A stretch of 64,000 bases of DNA from Mobula hypostoma. Lineage: Eukaryota. The notes under the pieces are model-generated. The model saw nothing but the letters and a program-made list of their open reading frames with translations, was not told the DNA's origin and did no database searches. Of this stretch, positions 1 through 10,715 are shown in pieces. The position numbers and the translations under genes were made by a program. The first letter of the stretch is position 1; the number at the start of each line of letters is the position of its first letter. Location: assembly GCF_963921235.1 (NCBI RefSeq), contig NC_086100.1, positions 123,504,001 to 123,568,000 of the forward strand, written 5' to 3'.

Positions 1-555
1 GCTTCCTTGGGAGTCTGTGGAGACTCAGCATGCTATCAGAAAGTGTGCTGACTGGCTGCATTATGGCCTGGTATGAGAACACCAATGCCTTTGAATGGGA
101 AATCCTGCAAAAGGTAGTGGATTCGCCCCAGTACATCATGGGTAAAACCCTCCCAACCATTGAGCACATCCACGTGAAATGTTCTCAGAGAAAAGCAGTA
201 TCCATCATCAAAGACCCTCACCATCCAGGCCATACTCTTTTCTCGCTACTGCCATCAGGTAGAAGGTACAGGTGCCTCAGGACTCACACCACCAGGTTCA
301 AGAACAGTTACTACCCCTCAACCATCAGGCTCTTGAACAAAAGAAGATAACTACCCTCATTCTATTTCTGGTGTTCCCACAACCAATGATCTCACTTTAT
401 CTTGTCATATCATGCTTGCGTATTTTATTGCGACTTATTTGCACAGTTCGTTGTTCATTGATCCTGTTTACAGTTACTGTTCTGTAAATTTGCTGAGTAT
501 GCCCACAGGAAAAAGAATCTCAGGGAATCTCTGATAATAAATGTTATTTTGTGCT
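1..555 (+). mobile_element. Rex1/Babar-type LINE, 3' end fragment
   Basis: ORF 30-350 has the C-terminal motif IIKDPHHPGHTLFSLLPSGRRYR..RFKNSYYPSTIRLLN, followed by a 3'UTR with AATAAA and a TTTGAA-type tail. Confidence 0.8.
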
Positions 556-1179
556 TCACTTTGAAATTTGAACTTGGTTTGTTGCCTACATTCATAATCG
601 AAGGAAATGCTAAATTTTAGCTAGAGGTTAATAAAAATAAAGATGTAAATGTTTTCCCTTCCAAGTTCACCGACCCTTGGAATCTCTTCATGGACCCCTT
701 GGGGTAAGAACCCCTGCTCTGTGGGGAAATAGGTCTCACTGTACAGATACTTCTAGTTGAACTAGCTTTAAACAAGAGCATGTTAAGTATCCAAGTTTAA
801 ATAGAGTATCCTTCTCTGACATATTGAGTGACGGACGAGATATCTGAAATCTGCCAGACCTTTGGTCATAAAATTCCTGCTAGGTGCTGTCTAATTTCAA
901 ATAGAATTGGATGAGTTAAGAGAAGAATGCTGAATCTCAGAATCTACTCAACAGGCAGTCACTCAAGCAAAACCAGTTTTGGAGAGGCCAAGGGAAGTGT
1001 CCCTAATGGGACAGAAGACAAAGCTTCAAAGGTGAATGATTGAAGAGGAGCAGTATATGAACAGCAGGATCCTGTATATACTAGAATACAGAGGTGAATT
1101 CCACTATCTTGAAAGGAGAAAAACATCATTAAGTATGTAGGTTTCATCAAAGGTTCAAAAGGAATATATCTGTCTGCCA

Positions 1180-1332
1180 GTGTAAGTGTATAAAATGTAA
1201 GATGTACAAGTTAGAAGAAAGTTAGAACAAAGTGTGGGAGGAAAGCATGAGACTGATCCAAGCAGATTAAAAGGCCGCCCCAATATTGTGAGCCAAAGGC
1301 CAGTACTGTGCTTTACTGTTCTATGTTCCATG
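1180..1332 (+). mobile_element. CR1 LINE 3' tail remnant
   Basis: GCCAGTACTGTGCTTTACTGTTCTATGTTCCATG resembles the CR1 3' termini near 34940, 40760 and 53430. Confidence 0.6.
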
Positions 1333-2199
1333 TGTTACGTACCCCGTAACTGGGTTGCCAAACCAGCAGAAATGGATCACTCAGTTGGAGTCTGGATTAC
1401 TAGAACTAAGAAAGTTTTATTAAAGAAACAAGCAACACAGTACTCTAATCAAAAGGATAATAAATGCAACAGTTCAGCAATGATAAACACACATGTGCAC
1501 AGAATTAAGATAACAGGATCGATCAAGCTCTATCGTTGTCTGGGGTAAATGACCAGTTTCAAAGTGACGCAAAGTTCAGTTCAATTTAGTTCAGTTCAGT
1601 TAGCAGTAATCACTGCCGTGGCGATGGACAGTGTGGGGGGAGAGAGAGAGCAAAAGTGAATGAATATTCAATGCTTCCACACAGACCTTCGCAGTCAGCT
1701 TTCGGGCGAATCCTTTGTGATGTCATCTGAGGTCACCGACCATGACCTCTCCGTTTCCAGATGCAATCGTTTCCCTGCAGTGAACCCGGCACCCAGGCAA
1801 GGGTGGACACACACCAGGTTCCCGCCGATCGTGCCTTTCCACCCTGAGCATCTATGGCTTGTCCCGTGACTAGCCGTCCAAAACTTCCCACCGACTTGTG
1901 AGAGGCGCACCGCTTCCAGGGTCTCGTTACCTCGGGATGACGTGTGTGTCCTGCCTTAGTGAACCTGTCCCTTTTTATCCCCCTGCTGGGGTATCGCCTG
2001 TCCATCACTTCAAACAGTTCAGGGTTCAAAGGGGGAGCCGATCTTGACAGCCCTCCTTCCTTCATTAACATCTCCAAATGCTGCTCCATTGTTTTCCTTA
2101 TCTCTCTCTCTCCTGAAGACAGGTGGCAGACCACCTGCTGATCCCACTGGTGCCAGCACAGGACAGCTAACATCTTAATCTATGTGTATTCTTGTCAAA
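1333..2199 (-). repeat. 3' LTR of Gmr1-like element
   Basis: Copy of 4653-5518. Preceded on the minus strand by the polypurine tract AAAGGGGGGAAG (2200-2211). Confidence 0.95.
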
Positions 2200-2339
2200 C
2201 TTCCCCCCTTTAAGGATTTTTACCGGGGGTAAAAATTACAAACATGAATACATTATTTGATACACACAAATACACATCTTTATCTGCTATTTGGCTAATA
2301 CAGTGAATTTGAAGTTGTCAACACCTGACAGACAGTCAG

Positions 2340-3320
2340 CCATCACACTTTCTGTTCCTTTTATATGTGTTATTAATAATCCCTTAGACCAGGCTCCAAC
2401 TTAGCAAACTTCATAGTGGCCAAAAACACTGATGAATTACGATCAATGTAACCTCTCATTGGGTTTCGTCCTGGACCACAATAACAAGGGTCGTCCCATT
2501 CCGACTTAGTTTTCTCTCGCAAGGGCTTAGTAGGAGGGGGAGGGGTAGTAACCACAGAGTTATTGCAAAACTTCCTACAGTACCCCACCATTTCCAAGAG
2601 CCTTCTGAGGGCCCTCTTGTCTGTCGGGGTTGGGATGTCAGAGATAGCCTGCACTGTAGCTTGCATCGCTGCCAGCTGCCCCAGTGTCACCACAATTCCC
2701 AGGTAAGTGACCTTCGTGTGGCCGAACTCATTTTTTTCAAGGTTCACTATCAAGCTGGCTTCAGACAGCCGTATTACATCGCCAATACACACCTCTGTGT
2801 TCGTCAGCCCTTTAGTCACTGAATTACTCATTCTATAGGACTGTTGCTCACTAGGCTGACCTAGTGTAACAGACACCACCCAACGTCCCAGTTCTTTGCA
2901 TCGCCTCAGGACAGTCAAACACACGGGTGCGAGTCGTTTAATTACTTCTCCTGGAGTCGCTTTGTTCGGGGATTAAGGGAGAGACCTTATCAGCAGACCT
3001 GGCCAAAACAATAGCCTTCTCCCATCTGGTCGATACCATACTCATCTTTTCAAAATGGTTTTTTTCTCTTATCAGGGCTTCATTGATTTCCGTGCTAATA
3101 TCGACTAGGTTTGTTAGCATATCAAAAGCCTGTGACCGTCTCAGTTCGTGTCGGCCATAATCAATAACATCCTTCCTCCGGTGCAGCCGGTAAACCTCTT
3201 TCATGATTCCACCAACTGTTTCCTCCAGCACCGCAAAATGTCCACCGGGGGGTACCTTGTGGGCCAGGTTAAAAATCTCATCCCCATAACTCTTTTGCAC
3301 CACCCCCCATTCCTCATCTG
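2340..3320 (-). pseudogene. pol: pol remnants: integrase Zn-binding piece, then RT and RNase H pieces
   Basis: IFNLAHKVPPGGHF (integrase HHCC start) precedes LIVNLEKNEFGHTKVTYLG..PTPTDKRALRRLLEMVGYCRKF (RT C-terminal part). No protease motif, YxDD or integrase DDE core seen. Confidence 0.7.
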
Positions 3321-3339
3321 CGGGTACTGTACTTGGTTT

Positions 3340-4553
3340 CCTTTTCCCGTCTCCTTCTTTGGGGCAAAGCACCTGGACGCAAAGTGTCCGACTTTCCCGC
3401 AATTATAACAGACGACTCCAGGAGACTTCCTACCAGACTGCTCCCAGTCTACCTTATCCTTCTCACTAGTCCCCGGCTTACTTTCTAACTTTTCTGGCAG
3501 ACTCTCCCCGCCATCCTGACTACCCTTCTGGTAGCCTTTACTCAGGGCAAACTTCATTTTATGCGTCAACGCATACTCATCCGCTAACTTAGCAGTTGCG
3601 GCTAATGTGGCTGCCCCTTTCTCATCTAGGTAGGGTCTCATACCCTCAGGGACACAACCTTTAAACTGCTCAATCAGGATCAGCTGTAGCAGTCTGTCAT
3701 AATCCCCCTCTACCCCCTTTGAGGCGCACCAACGCTCACAACATGTCTGCATCTCACGGGCAAACTCTAAATACGTGCGGTCCACTGCTTCCTCACATTC
3801 CGGAACCTCTGCCGGTATGCCTCCGGGACCAACTCATAAATCCTGAGGATGGCCTCTTTCACCACCTCATACCTCTGGGCATCTTCCGCGGACAGAGCTG
3901 AGTAAGCTTCTTGGGCTTTCCCTTTCAGTACACTCTGAAGCAAAACAGCCCACTTATCCCTCGGCCAGTCCTGACATGTAGCAACTTTTTCGAAATGGAG
4001 AAAGTACCGATCCACGTCGGTATCGTCAAATGGGGGAACCAGCCTAACCTCCTGGGTCGCCCGGAACCCTCCACCTTGGTTCAGCACGGGCCCCTGCTCG
4101 GCCCTTATCTTTAACTTCTCCAGCTCAAATTCCCTTTCCCTCTGCCTCTCTCTCTCTTCTCGCTCCCATTGCCTCTCTTTCTCTTCTCTCTCCAACTGTC
4201 TCTCCCTCTCTCTCTTGCCTTTCTAACCCTCTCTCTTGCCTTTCTAACTCTCTCTCCTTCTCTTCTCGCTCCAACTGCCGTACCTGGAACTCGTGCTCGA
4301 GTCTCAGTTTTTCAAGCTGCACCTGTACCGCGTCTCCAGCAGGTTTTTCAATAGACACCACCCCCAGCTCGCCTTGGGGAAACACACCTTTAGATACATA
4401 GTGCTCTACGATAGTTCTGTGTATCTCCTCTCTCCTCATTGTCGACTTCCCCTTAGCAAGATTCAACCGTTTGGCCACAGCTACCAATTCCGATTTCCTG
4501 GCATCCTCTAATGCCTCCAAGGTTGGCGCCTTTATAATTTCCTCAGCCTCCAT
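3340..4553 (-). pseudogene. gag: gag (coiled coil, SCAN-like capsid domain, CCHC zinc knuckle), frameshifted
   Basis: Overlapping ORFs 4125-4553, 3767-4195 and 3201-3785 give VPPFDDTDVDRYFLHFEKVA..W..LLQSVLKGKAQEAY, PEAYRQRFR, LILIEQFKGCVPE and CYNCGKVGHFASRC. Confidence 0.88.
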
Positions 4554-4620
4554 TTCTGCTGTTTGTCTTTTCTTCCTTTCGGGAATTTTGACCCAATCAA
4601 TTTACTCCATCCCAAATTTA

Positions 4621-4648
4621 GCGTTCAAAATCGCGGATGAGAACCCCA
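4621..4648 (-). promoter_or_regulatory. Primer-binding site, tRNA-Pro-like (degenerate)
   Basis: Minus strand TGGGGTTCTCATCCGCGATTTTGAAC, 4 nt after the 5' LTR, resembles the complement of the tRNA-Pro 3' end (TGGGGGCTCGTCCGGGATTTGAAC). Confidence 0.7.
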
Positions 4649-4652
4649 CTTA

Positions 4653-5518
4653 TGTTACGTACCCCGTAACTGGGTTGCCAAACCTGCAGAAATGGATCAC
4701 TCAGTTGGAGTCTGGATTACTAGAACTAAGAAAGTTTTATTAAAGAAACAAGCAACACAGTACTCTAATCAAAAGGATAATAAATGCAACAGTTCAGCAA
4801 TGATAAACACACATGTGCACAGAATTAAGATAACAGGATCAATCAAGCTCTATCGTTGTCTAGGGGTAAATGACCAGTTTCAAAGTGACGCAAAGTTCAG
4901 TTCAATTTAGTTCAGTTCAGTTCGCAGTAATCGCTGCCGTGGTGATGGACAGTGGGGGAAGGACAGAGAGAGCAAAAGCGAATGAATATTCAAGGCTTCC
5001 ACACAGACCTTCGCAGTCAGCTTTTGGGCGAGTCCTTTGTGATGTCATGAAGTCACCGACCGTGACCCCTCCATTTCCAGATGCGATTGTTTCCCTGCGG
5101 TGAACCCGGCACCCAGGCAAGGGTGGACACACACCAGGTTCCCGCCAATCGTGCCTTTCCACCCTGTGCGTCTATGGCTTGTCCCGCGACTAGCCGTCCA
5201 AAACTTCCCACCGACTTGTGAGAGGCGCACCGCTTCAAGGGTCTCGTTACCTCGGGGTGTCGTGTGTGTCCTGCCTTAGCGAACCTGTCCCTTTTTATCC
5301 CCCTGCTGGGGTATCGCCTGTCCATCACTTCAAACAGTTCAGGGTTCAAAGGGGGAGCCGATCTTGACAGCCTTCCGTCCTTCATTAACATCTCCAAATG
5401 CTGCTCCATTGTTTTCCTTATCTCTCTCTCTCCTGAAGACAGGTGGCAGACCAACTGCTGATTCCACTGGTGCCAGCCCAGGCCAGCTACATCTTAATCT
5501 ATGTGTATTCTTGTCACA
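4653..5518 (-). repeat. 5' LTR of Gmr1-like element
   Basis: ~866-bp direct repeat of 1333-2199, about 95% identical by eye, with many CpG transitions. Confidence 0.95.
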
Positions 5519-5819
5519 CATGTAGGTCCAGAGGGCAGGTGGCCTGAGTGAAGCTAAGGCATAAATTCAAGAGATGTGGTGAGAGCTCGGAGAAGTTGAC
5601 CATCAGTGTCACAAGCTTTTCGAGCAGATATGTGGGAGCTGCTCTGCACTGCTGAGGATTTAGAAATGGTGAGGCAAGTGTAACAGTAAAACTGATAGTC
5701 CTGCACAGTGGAACTATGATGGTGCCAGAATGGTAAGTATTCCAGAACACTGGATGCTTTTCCTATCGAAATCCCAACACAATTTCAATTCAGCCTTTTT
5801 AGATAATACTGAGTAGTAT

Positions 5820-6136
5820 TGTGATGAGAGTCCTTAACGAGAATGGCTTGAACCCAAATGCTGGAGTATCTGAGGCCAGGATCGAGGCATGGCTTCAAAC
5901 TGGATCAAGAATATGAGCACAAAATAAACACTAGACGAACTCACAAGTAAGCTTACGATTGTGCACCAAACCCAGTTCAGGTGCTCCGTAAGTGCTCAAT
6001 CCTTCGCACCCAAAACATGACTACCAATTAGTAGGACTGTCCTAAACCTTTAAAGGGGTTGCACCAGCCATCTATACTCCAGGGAGTTAGAGCATTTAAA
6101 CCTGAGGAGCTGGTGCGATGGGTGTGTGTCATAACA
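5820..6136. mobile_element. Short solo LTR (317 bp)
   Basis: TGTGATGA...TCATAACA termini flanked by an exact 5-bp TSD AGTAT (5815-5819, 6137-6141). Confidence 0.7.
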
Positions 6137-6289
6137 AGTATGATAAACAGTTAAGTGAATGCGGTAGGTTTAAAGAGTATTTGATTAGGAAGCGTAAGGT
6201 AAAGGAACCCTTAGGAGAGAATTAACATAACATAGTAAAATTCACCCTGTGATTTGAGAGGGAGAAGCTAAAGTCTAATTATCAGTATT

Positions 6290-8800
6290 AAAGTGGAGTA
6301 AAGGGAACAACAGCGGCATGAGAGGGGAGATGGCCAAAGTTGATTGGAAGGGGACGCGAGCAGAAATAATGGCAGAGCAGCAATGTCTGGAGTTACTGGG
6401 AGCAATTCAGAAGATGCAGTATCGATTCATTCCAAAGAAGAAGAAGTATTCTAAAGGCAGGATGCACAACCATGGCTGACAAGGGAAGTCAAAGCCAACA
6501 TAAAAGCAAAAGAGCGGGCATATAATAGAGCAAAAATTAGTGGGAAGTGAGTGAATTAGGAAGCTTTTTAAAACCACAGAAGGCAACTAAAAAATTCATA
6601 AGGAAGGAACAGATGAAATATGAAGGTCAGTTAACAAATAATATCAAAGCGGATACCAAACGTTTTTCAGATATATAAAGAGTAAAGGAGAGGTGAGATT
6701 AGATATAGGTCCTATGGAGAGGTAATAATGTGACAAGGAATTGGCAGGCAAACTGAACAAGTACTTAGCATCAGTCTTCACTGTGGAAGATACTAGCAGT
6801 ATGCCAGAGGTTCAAGACTGTCAGGGGGTAGAAATGAGTGCAGTTGCTATTACTAGGGAGAAGGTGCTTGAGAAGCTGAAACATCTGTAGATAGATAAAT
6901 CATCTGGACCGGATGGACTATATTCTAGGGTTCTGAGAAGGATAGCTGAAACAATTGTGGAGGTATTAGTAATGAGTTTCAAGAATCACTAGATTCTGGC
7001 ATGGTTCCAGTGCACTTGTCCTCTACTCTTCAAGATGGGAGGGAGAAGGAAGAATGAAAATTATAGGCCAGTTAGCCTGATCTCAGTGGTTGGGAAGATG
7101 TTGGAGTCAATTGTTAAGTATGAGGTTTCAGGGTACTTGGAAACACATGGTAAAATAGACCAAAGTCAGCATGATTTTCTTAAGGGAAATCTTGCCTGAC
7201 AAATCTCTTGGAATTCTTTGAGGAAATAACAAGCAAGATAGACAAAGGAAAGTCAGCGGACATGTACTTGGATTTTCAGAAGGCCTTCGACAAGGTGCCA
7301 CACATGAAGCTGCTCAGCAAGATAAGAGCCCATGGAATTATGGGAAAGATACAAGCATGGATCGGGCATTGGCTGATTGGCAGAAGGCAAAGAGCGGGAA
7401 TAAAGGGAGCTATTTCTGGTTGGCTGCCAGTGACTAGTAGTGTTCCATGGGGGTCTGTGTTGGGGCGACTTCTTTTTGCGTTGTATGTCAATGATTTGGA
7501 TGATGAAATTGATGGTTTTATGGCCAAGTTTGTGGACAATACAAAGATAGGTAAGGCCTCCATCAGTCAGGGTTAACCACAGATATTGTGTCCTCTCTAG
7601 ATATGCAAGCCTGGGCAGTACGAAATGGAGAGCAAGCTCTTGCCCAATTAGCAAACTCCCCTTCTCCATGCATCTGATGAACCTAGACTAGTCTGGTTCC
7701 CACAGCATCGAAGGAGTTGCCAGTCAACGTTGAACTCACTGTAGGACTGCCTTAGGGAATCCAGCTCTGGCTTTTTCCCACGGGGTTTACTCCTGAAGCC
7801 TTTCCCATGAGTGGATATAGACACAAGGCAGCAGAGGTTTGAGATCAAAGTTTTCCTTATCCTATGAGCTGTCAGCCATGGCTGACAAGCCCCATCTGCC
7901 CGAAACAAAGATGGGTGAAGGGCCAGGTAGTATTGAGAAAGCTGGAAAGCTGCAGAAGGACGTAGACAGATTAGGAGAATGGGCAAAGAAGTGGCAGATG
8001 GAATATAGTGTCGGGAAGTGTATAATCATGCACTCTGGTAGAAGATTTAAAAGCATAGACTATTTTCTAAACGGGGAGAAAATTTAAAAATCAGAGCTGC
8101 AAAGTGACTTGGGAGTCCTCGTGCAGATTGCATCGGTGGTGAGGAAGGCAATTGCAATATTAACATTCATTTCAAGGGGACTAGATCATAAAAACAAGGA
8201 TGTAATGCTGAGGCTTTATAAGGACCTGGTGAGGGCTCACTTGGAACATTGTGAGCAGTTTTTGGCCCCTTATCAAAGAGGGGATGTGCTGGCATTTGAG
8301 AAGGACCAGAGGAGGTTTACGAGAATGATGCTGGGAATAAAGAAAATGTATGAGGAGCATTTGATGGCTCTGGGCCGGTACTCACTGGAATTTAGAAGAA
8401 TAAGGGGCAGGGGGCAATCTCATTGAAATCTATCAATTGTTGAAAGGCCTAGAAAGAGTAGGTGTGAAGAGGATGTTTCCTATCATGAAGGAGTCTAGGA
8501 CCAGAGGGCACAGACTCAGAATAGAGGGATGTCCCCTCAGAATGAAAATGAAGAGGAATATCTTTGGCCAGGAATTGCTGAATCTGTGGAATTCATTGCC
8601 ACAGGTGGCTGTAAAGGCCAAGTCATTGGGTATATTTAAGGCAGAGTTTGATAGATTCTTGATAAATCAGGGCATGAAAGGTTACGGGCAGAAGGCAGGA
8701 GAATGGGATTGAGAGGGAAATGGATTAGCCATGATCAAGTGGTAAAGTAGACTCATGGGCCAAATGGTCTAATTATGCTCCTATGTCTTATGGCCTTATG
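6290..8800 (+). mobile_element. CR1 LINE, 5'-truncated and degraded ORF2 plus 3'UTR
   Basis: YLDFQKAFDKVPH, VPWGSVLGRLLF, AKFVDNTK, LYKDLVRAHLEHC; tail CCTATGTCTTATGG. Confidence 0.9.
7553..7904 (-). mobile_element. Non-autonomous RTE-related short retroposon inserted in CR1
   Basis: TSD ACAAAGAT(A/G)GGT at 7541-7552 and 7905-7916. Its 5' end resembles the RTE 5'UTR repeat at 41116-41175 and its 3' part resembles the SINE tail at 40016-40130. Confidence 0.7.
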
Positions 8801-8801
8801 G

Positions 8802-9485
8802 AGGGAGGGAGGAGAAGATGGCGGCACGACGCAGCGCGCGTGGCCGCTCCGGAATGATATCTGTATTCGTTAAGTAGGAGCCGTGCACAATTCTGACTTG
8901 ATGGAGACAGATGTGAGAAGCATGGAGGAACACCTGGAGAAACTTCTGAAATGCCCGCTTCGCTGGCGCTGCTACTGTGCGATCGAGAATCCCTGGAGGG
9001 GCAAGCCCCAAATCCTCGGCTTTGCCTGTTGCTGGCGGCCGGGTCCGGGGTCGAAGCGCTCGGCAGAGACGGTGCTCGGTGCTCGGTGTCGGAGGGCTGG
9101 TCAGAGACTCAAAATTTTCGGATGGAGTCAAGAGTCGGCTGTAGTCGGGTGCTTCCAGGGTGCTGCATCGGCAAGTTTGCGGCGCTGGAGGTTCATGGCA
9201 GGGAGAGTTCCTCCCTTCTACTGTCTGCGTGAGATGATGGGGCTTTCGAGAGACTTTGAGACTTTTTTTTACCGTGCCTATGGTCTGTTCTTTATCAAAT
9301 TACTGTATTGCTTTGCACTGTTGTAACTATATGTTATAATTATGTGGTTTTTGTCAGTTTTTTTAGTCTTGGTCTGTCTTGTGTTTCTGTGATATCATTC
9401 TGGAGGAACATTGTATCATTTCTTAATGCATGCATTACTAAATGACAATAAAAGAGGACTGTGTGTCCTCATAATCTAAACTAAT
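8802..9485 (+). mobile_element. Non-autonomous non-LTR retroelement (AAGATGGCGG head, AATCT tail)
   Basis: GC-rich 5' end GGAGAAGATGGCGG, AATAAA then (TAATC)-like tail, flanked by CTTATGG. Homologous copy at 14832-15433 on the minus strand. Confidence 0.75.
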
Positions 9486-9625
9486 CTTATGGCATGCTGG
9501 AGATAGGTTCCTGGTGAATTTACAGGGAGGACCGTGAATGGGATTCCAATTAGTTTAAGGGAAATACAGGAACTGTCAATTGCTGACCCAGGCGCTGAAC
9601 CATCAGGATATCAAAATAATTAGAC

Positions 9626-10281
9626 AGCAGATTTTAAGAGTTTACTACAGTTAAAACTGTAGGTGACACAAAACTTGATAAAGTTGTGAATTGTAAAGAA
9701 GGTTGTCAAGGTGTAGGGCAGCATATAGATGAGTTGGAAATATGGCTAGAGAAATAGCTGATACAATTTCAGCCAGACAAATGTCAGGTGTTGCACTTTG
9801 TGAGGTCAAACGTAAGAGAAAAGCACACAGCATCAATGTACAAAGTGATATTGCATGCAAGTCCATAGTTTCCTGGAAGGAGCAACACAAGTAGATAAAG
9901 TGGTAAAGAAAGTGAACACCATACTTGCTTTTATTAGTCAAGGTGTAGAAAAGAAGGAAGTCATGATGTAGCTGGGTACAATTTTAGGTAGACCACGTTT
10001 AGAGTGTCACGTGCAGTTCTGGTTATCGCATTACAGGAAGGATATGGAAGCTTTGGAGGGGATCCAAACGAAGCTCAGCAAGAGATTGTGTGGATTAGAG
10101 AGTGTTTTTACAAAGAGAGATTGGACAAATTTACACTGTTTTCCCCGAAACGTCAGAGGTTGACGGGCAACCTGATTGAAGAAAATGATAACATCAGAGA
10201 CAGAGATAATGCAGTTACTCAGAGCGGAAATATCAAATACTTGAGAGCTTAGATTTAAGGAGAGTGAAGGAAAGCTCAAAG
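9626..10281 (+). repeat. Left copy of ~656-bp direct duplication (old CR1 fragment)
   Basis: Near-identical to 17332-17986; contains the CR1 motif VQFWLSHYRKDMEALE. Confidence 0.95.
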
Positions 10282-10715
10282 ATATCGCGCTGTTACAGGA
10301 AACACATCTTAAACCTAATGACATTCCCAGGGTTCAAAACCGCTTTTATAAACCCGCTGTGGAATCAGCTGAAGGTACTCGTACGAAAGGAGTTATGATA
10401 TTAATGAGACGTAGTATTAATGTATCAATTGAAAGGATTGGCGCCGACAATGAAGGATGTCTAGCTTTTTGCTGTACATCCATTCAGGGTTAAAAAGTTG
10501 TATTCATTAGCCTATATGCCCCAACTATATTCGAGGTTGAATTTTTTTCCCTCAATTACCTCACAATTACTGAAGTTAAGTGACTACCAACTATATGTTG
10601 GTTCGGACATGAATGCTTTGGTAAATAATAACCTCGATGAATCCTCCTCAACTATATCAAGCTCTCAAGAATCTGCTTCCAAAGCACTTAACCTTTTTCT
10701 AACGGATTTAAATTT

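Larger units (their letters stand above)
1333..5518 (-). mobile_element. Gmr1-like Ty3/Gypsy LTR retrotransposon, non-autonomous (gag retained, pol collapsed)
   Basis: Direct LTRs at 1333-2199 and 4653-5518 (TGTTAC...GTCACA). 4-bp TSD CATG at 1329-1332 and 5519-5522. Primer-binding site and polypurine tract on the minus strand, gag with a CCHC knuckle, integrase remnant upstream of RT remnant. Confidence 0.93.

Noticed and set aside
1234-2173. ORFs repeated at 4692-5521
   Set aside because: Incidental frames in the two LTR copies, broken differently in each copy.
9626-10281. Long duplication as an LTR pair or an L1 3' transduction
   Set aside because: No TG..CA ends, primer-binding site or polypurine tract. 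The sequence is an internal CR1 piece, and the right copy lies after the L1 tail and continues into the same CR1.
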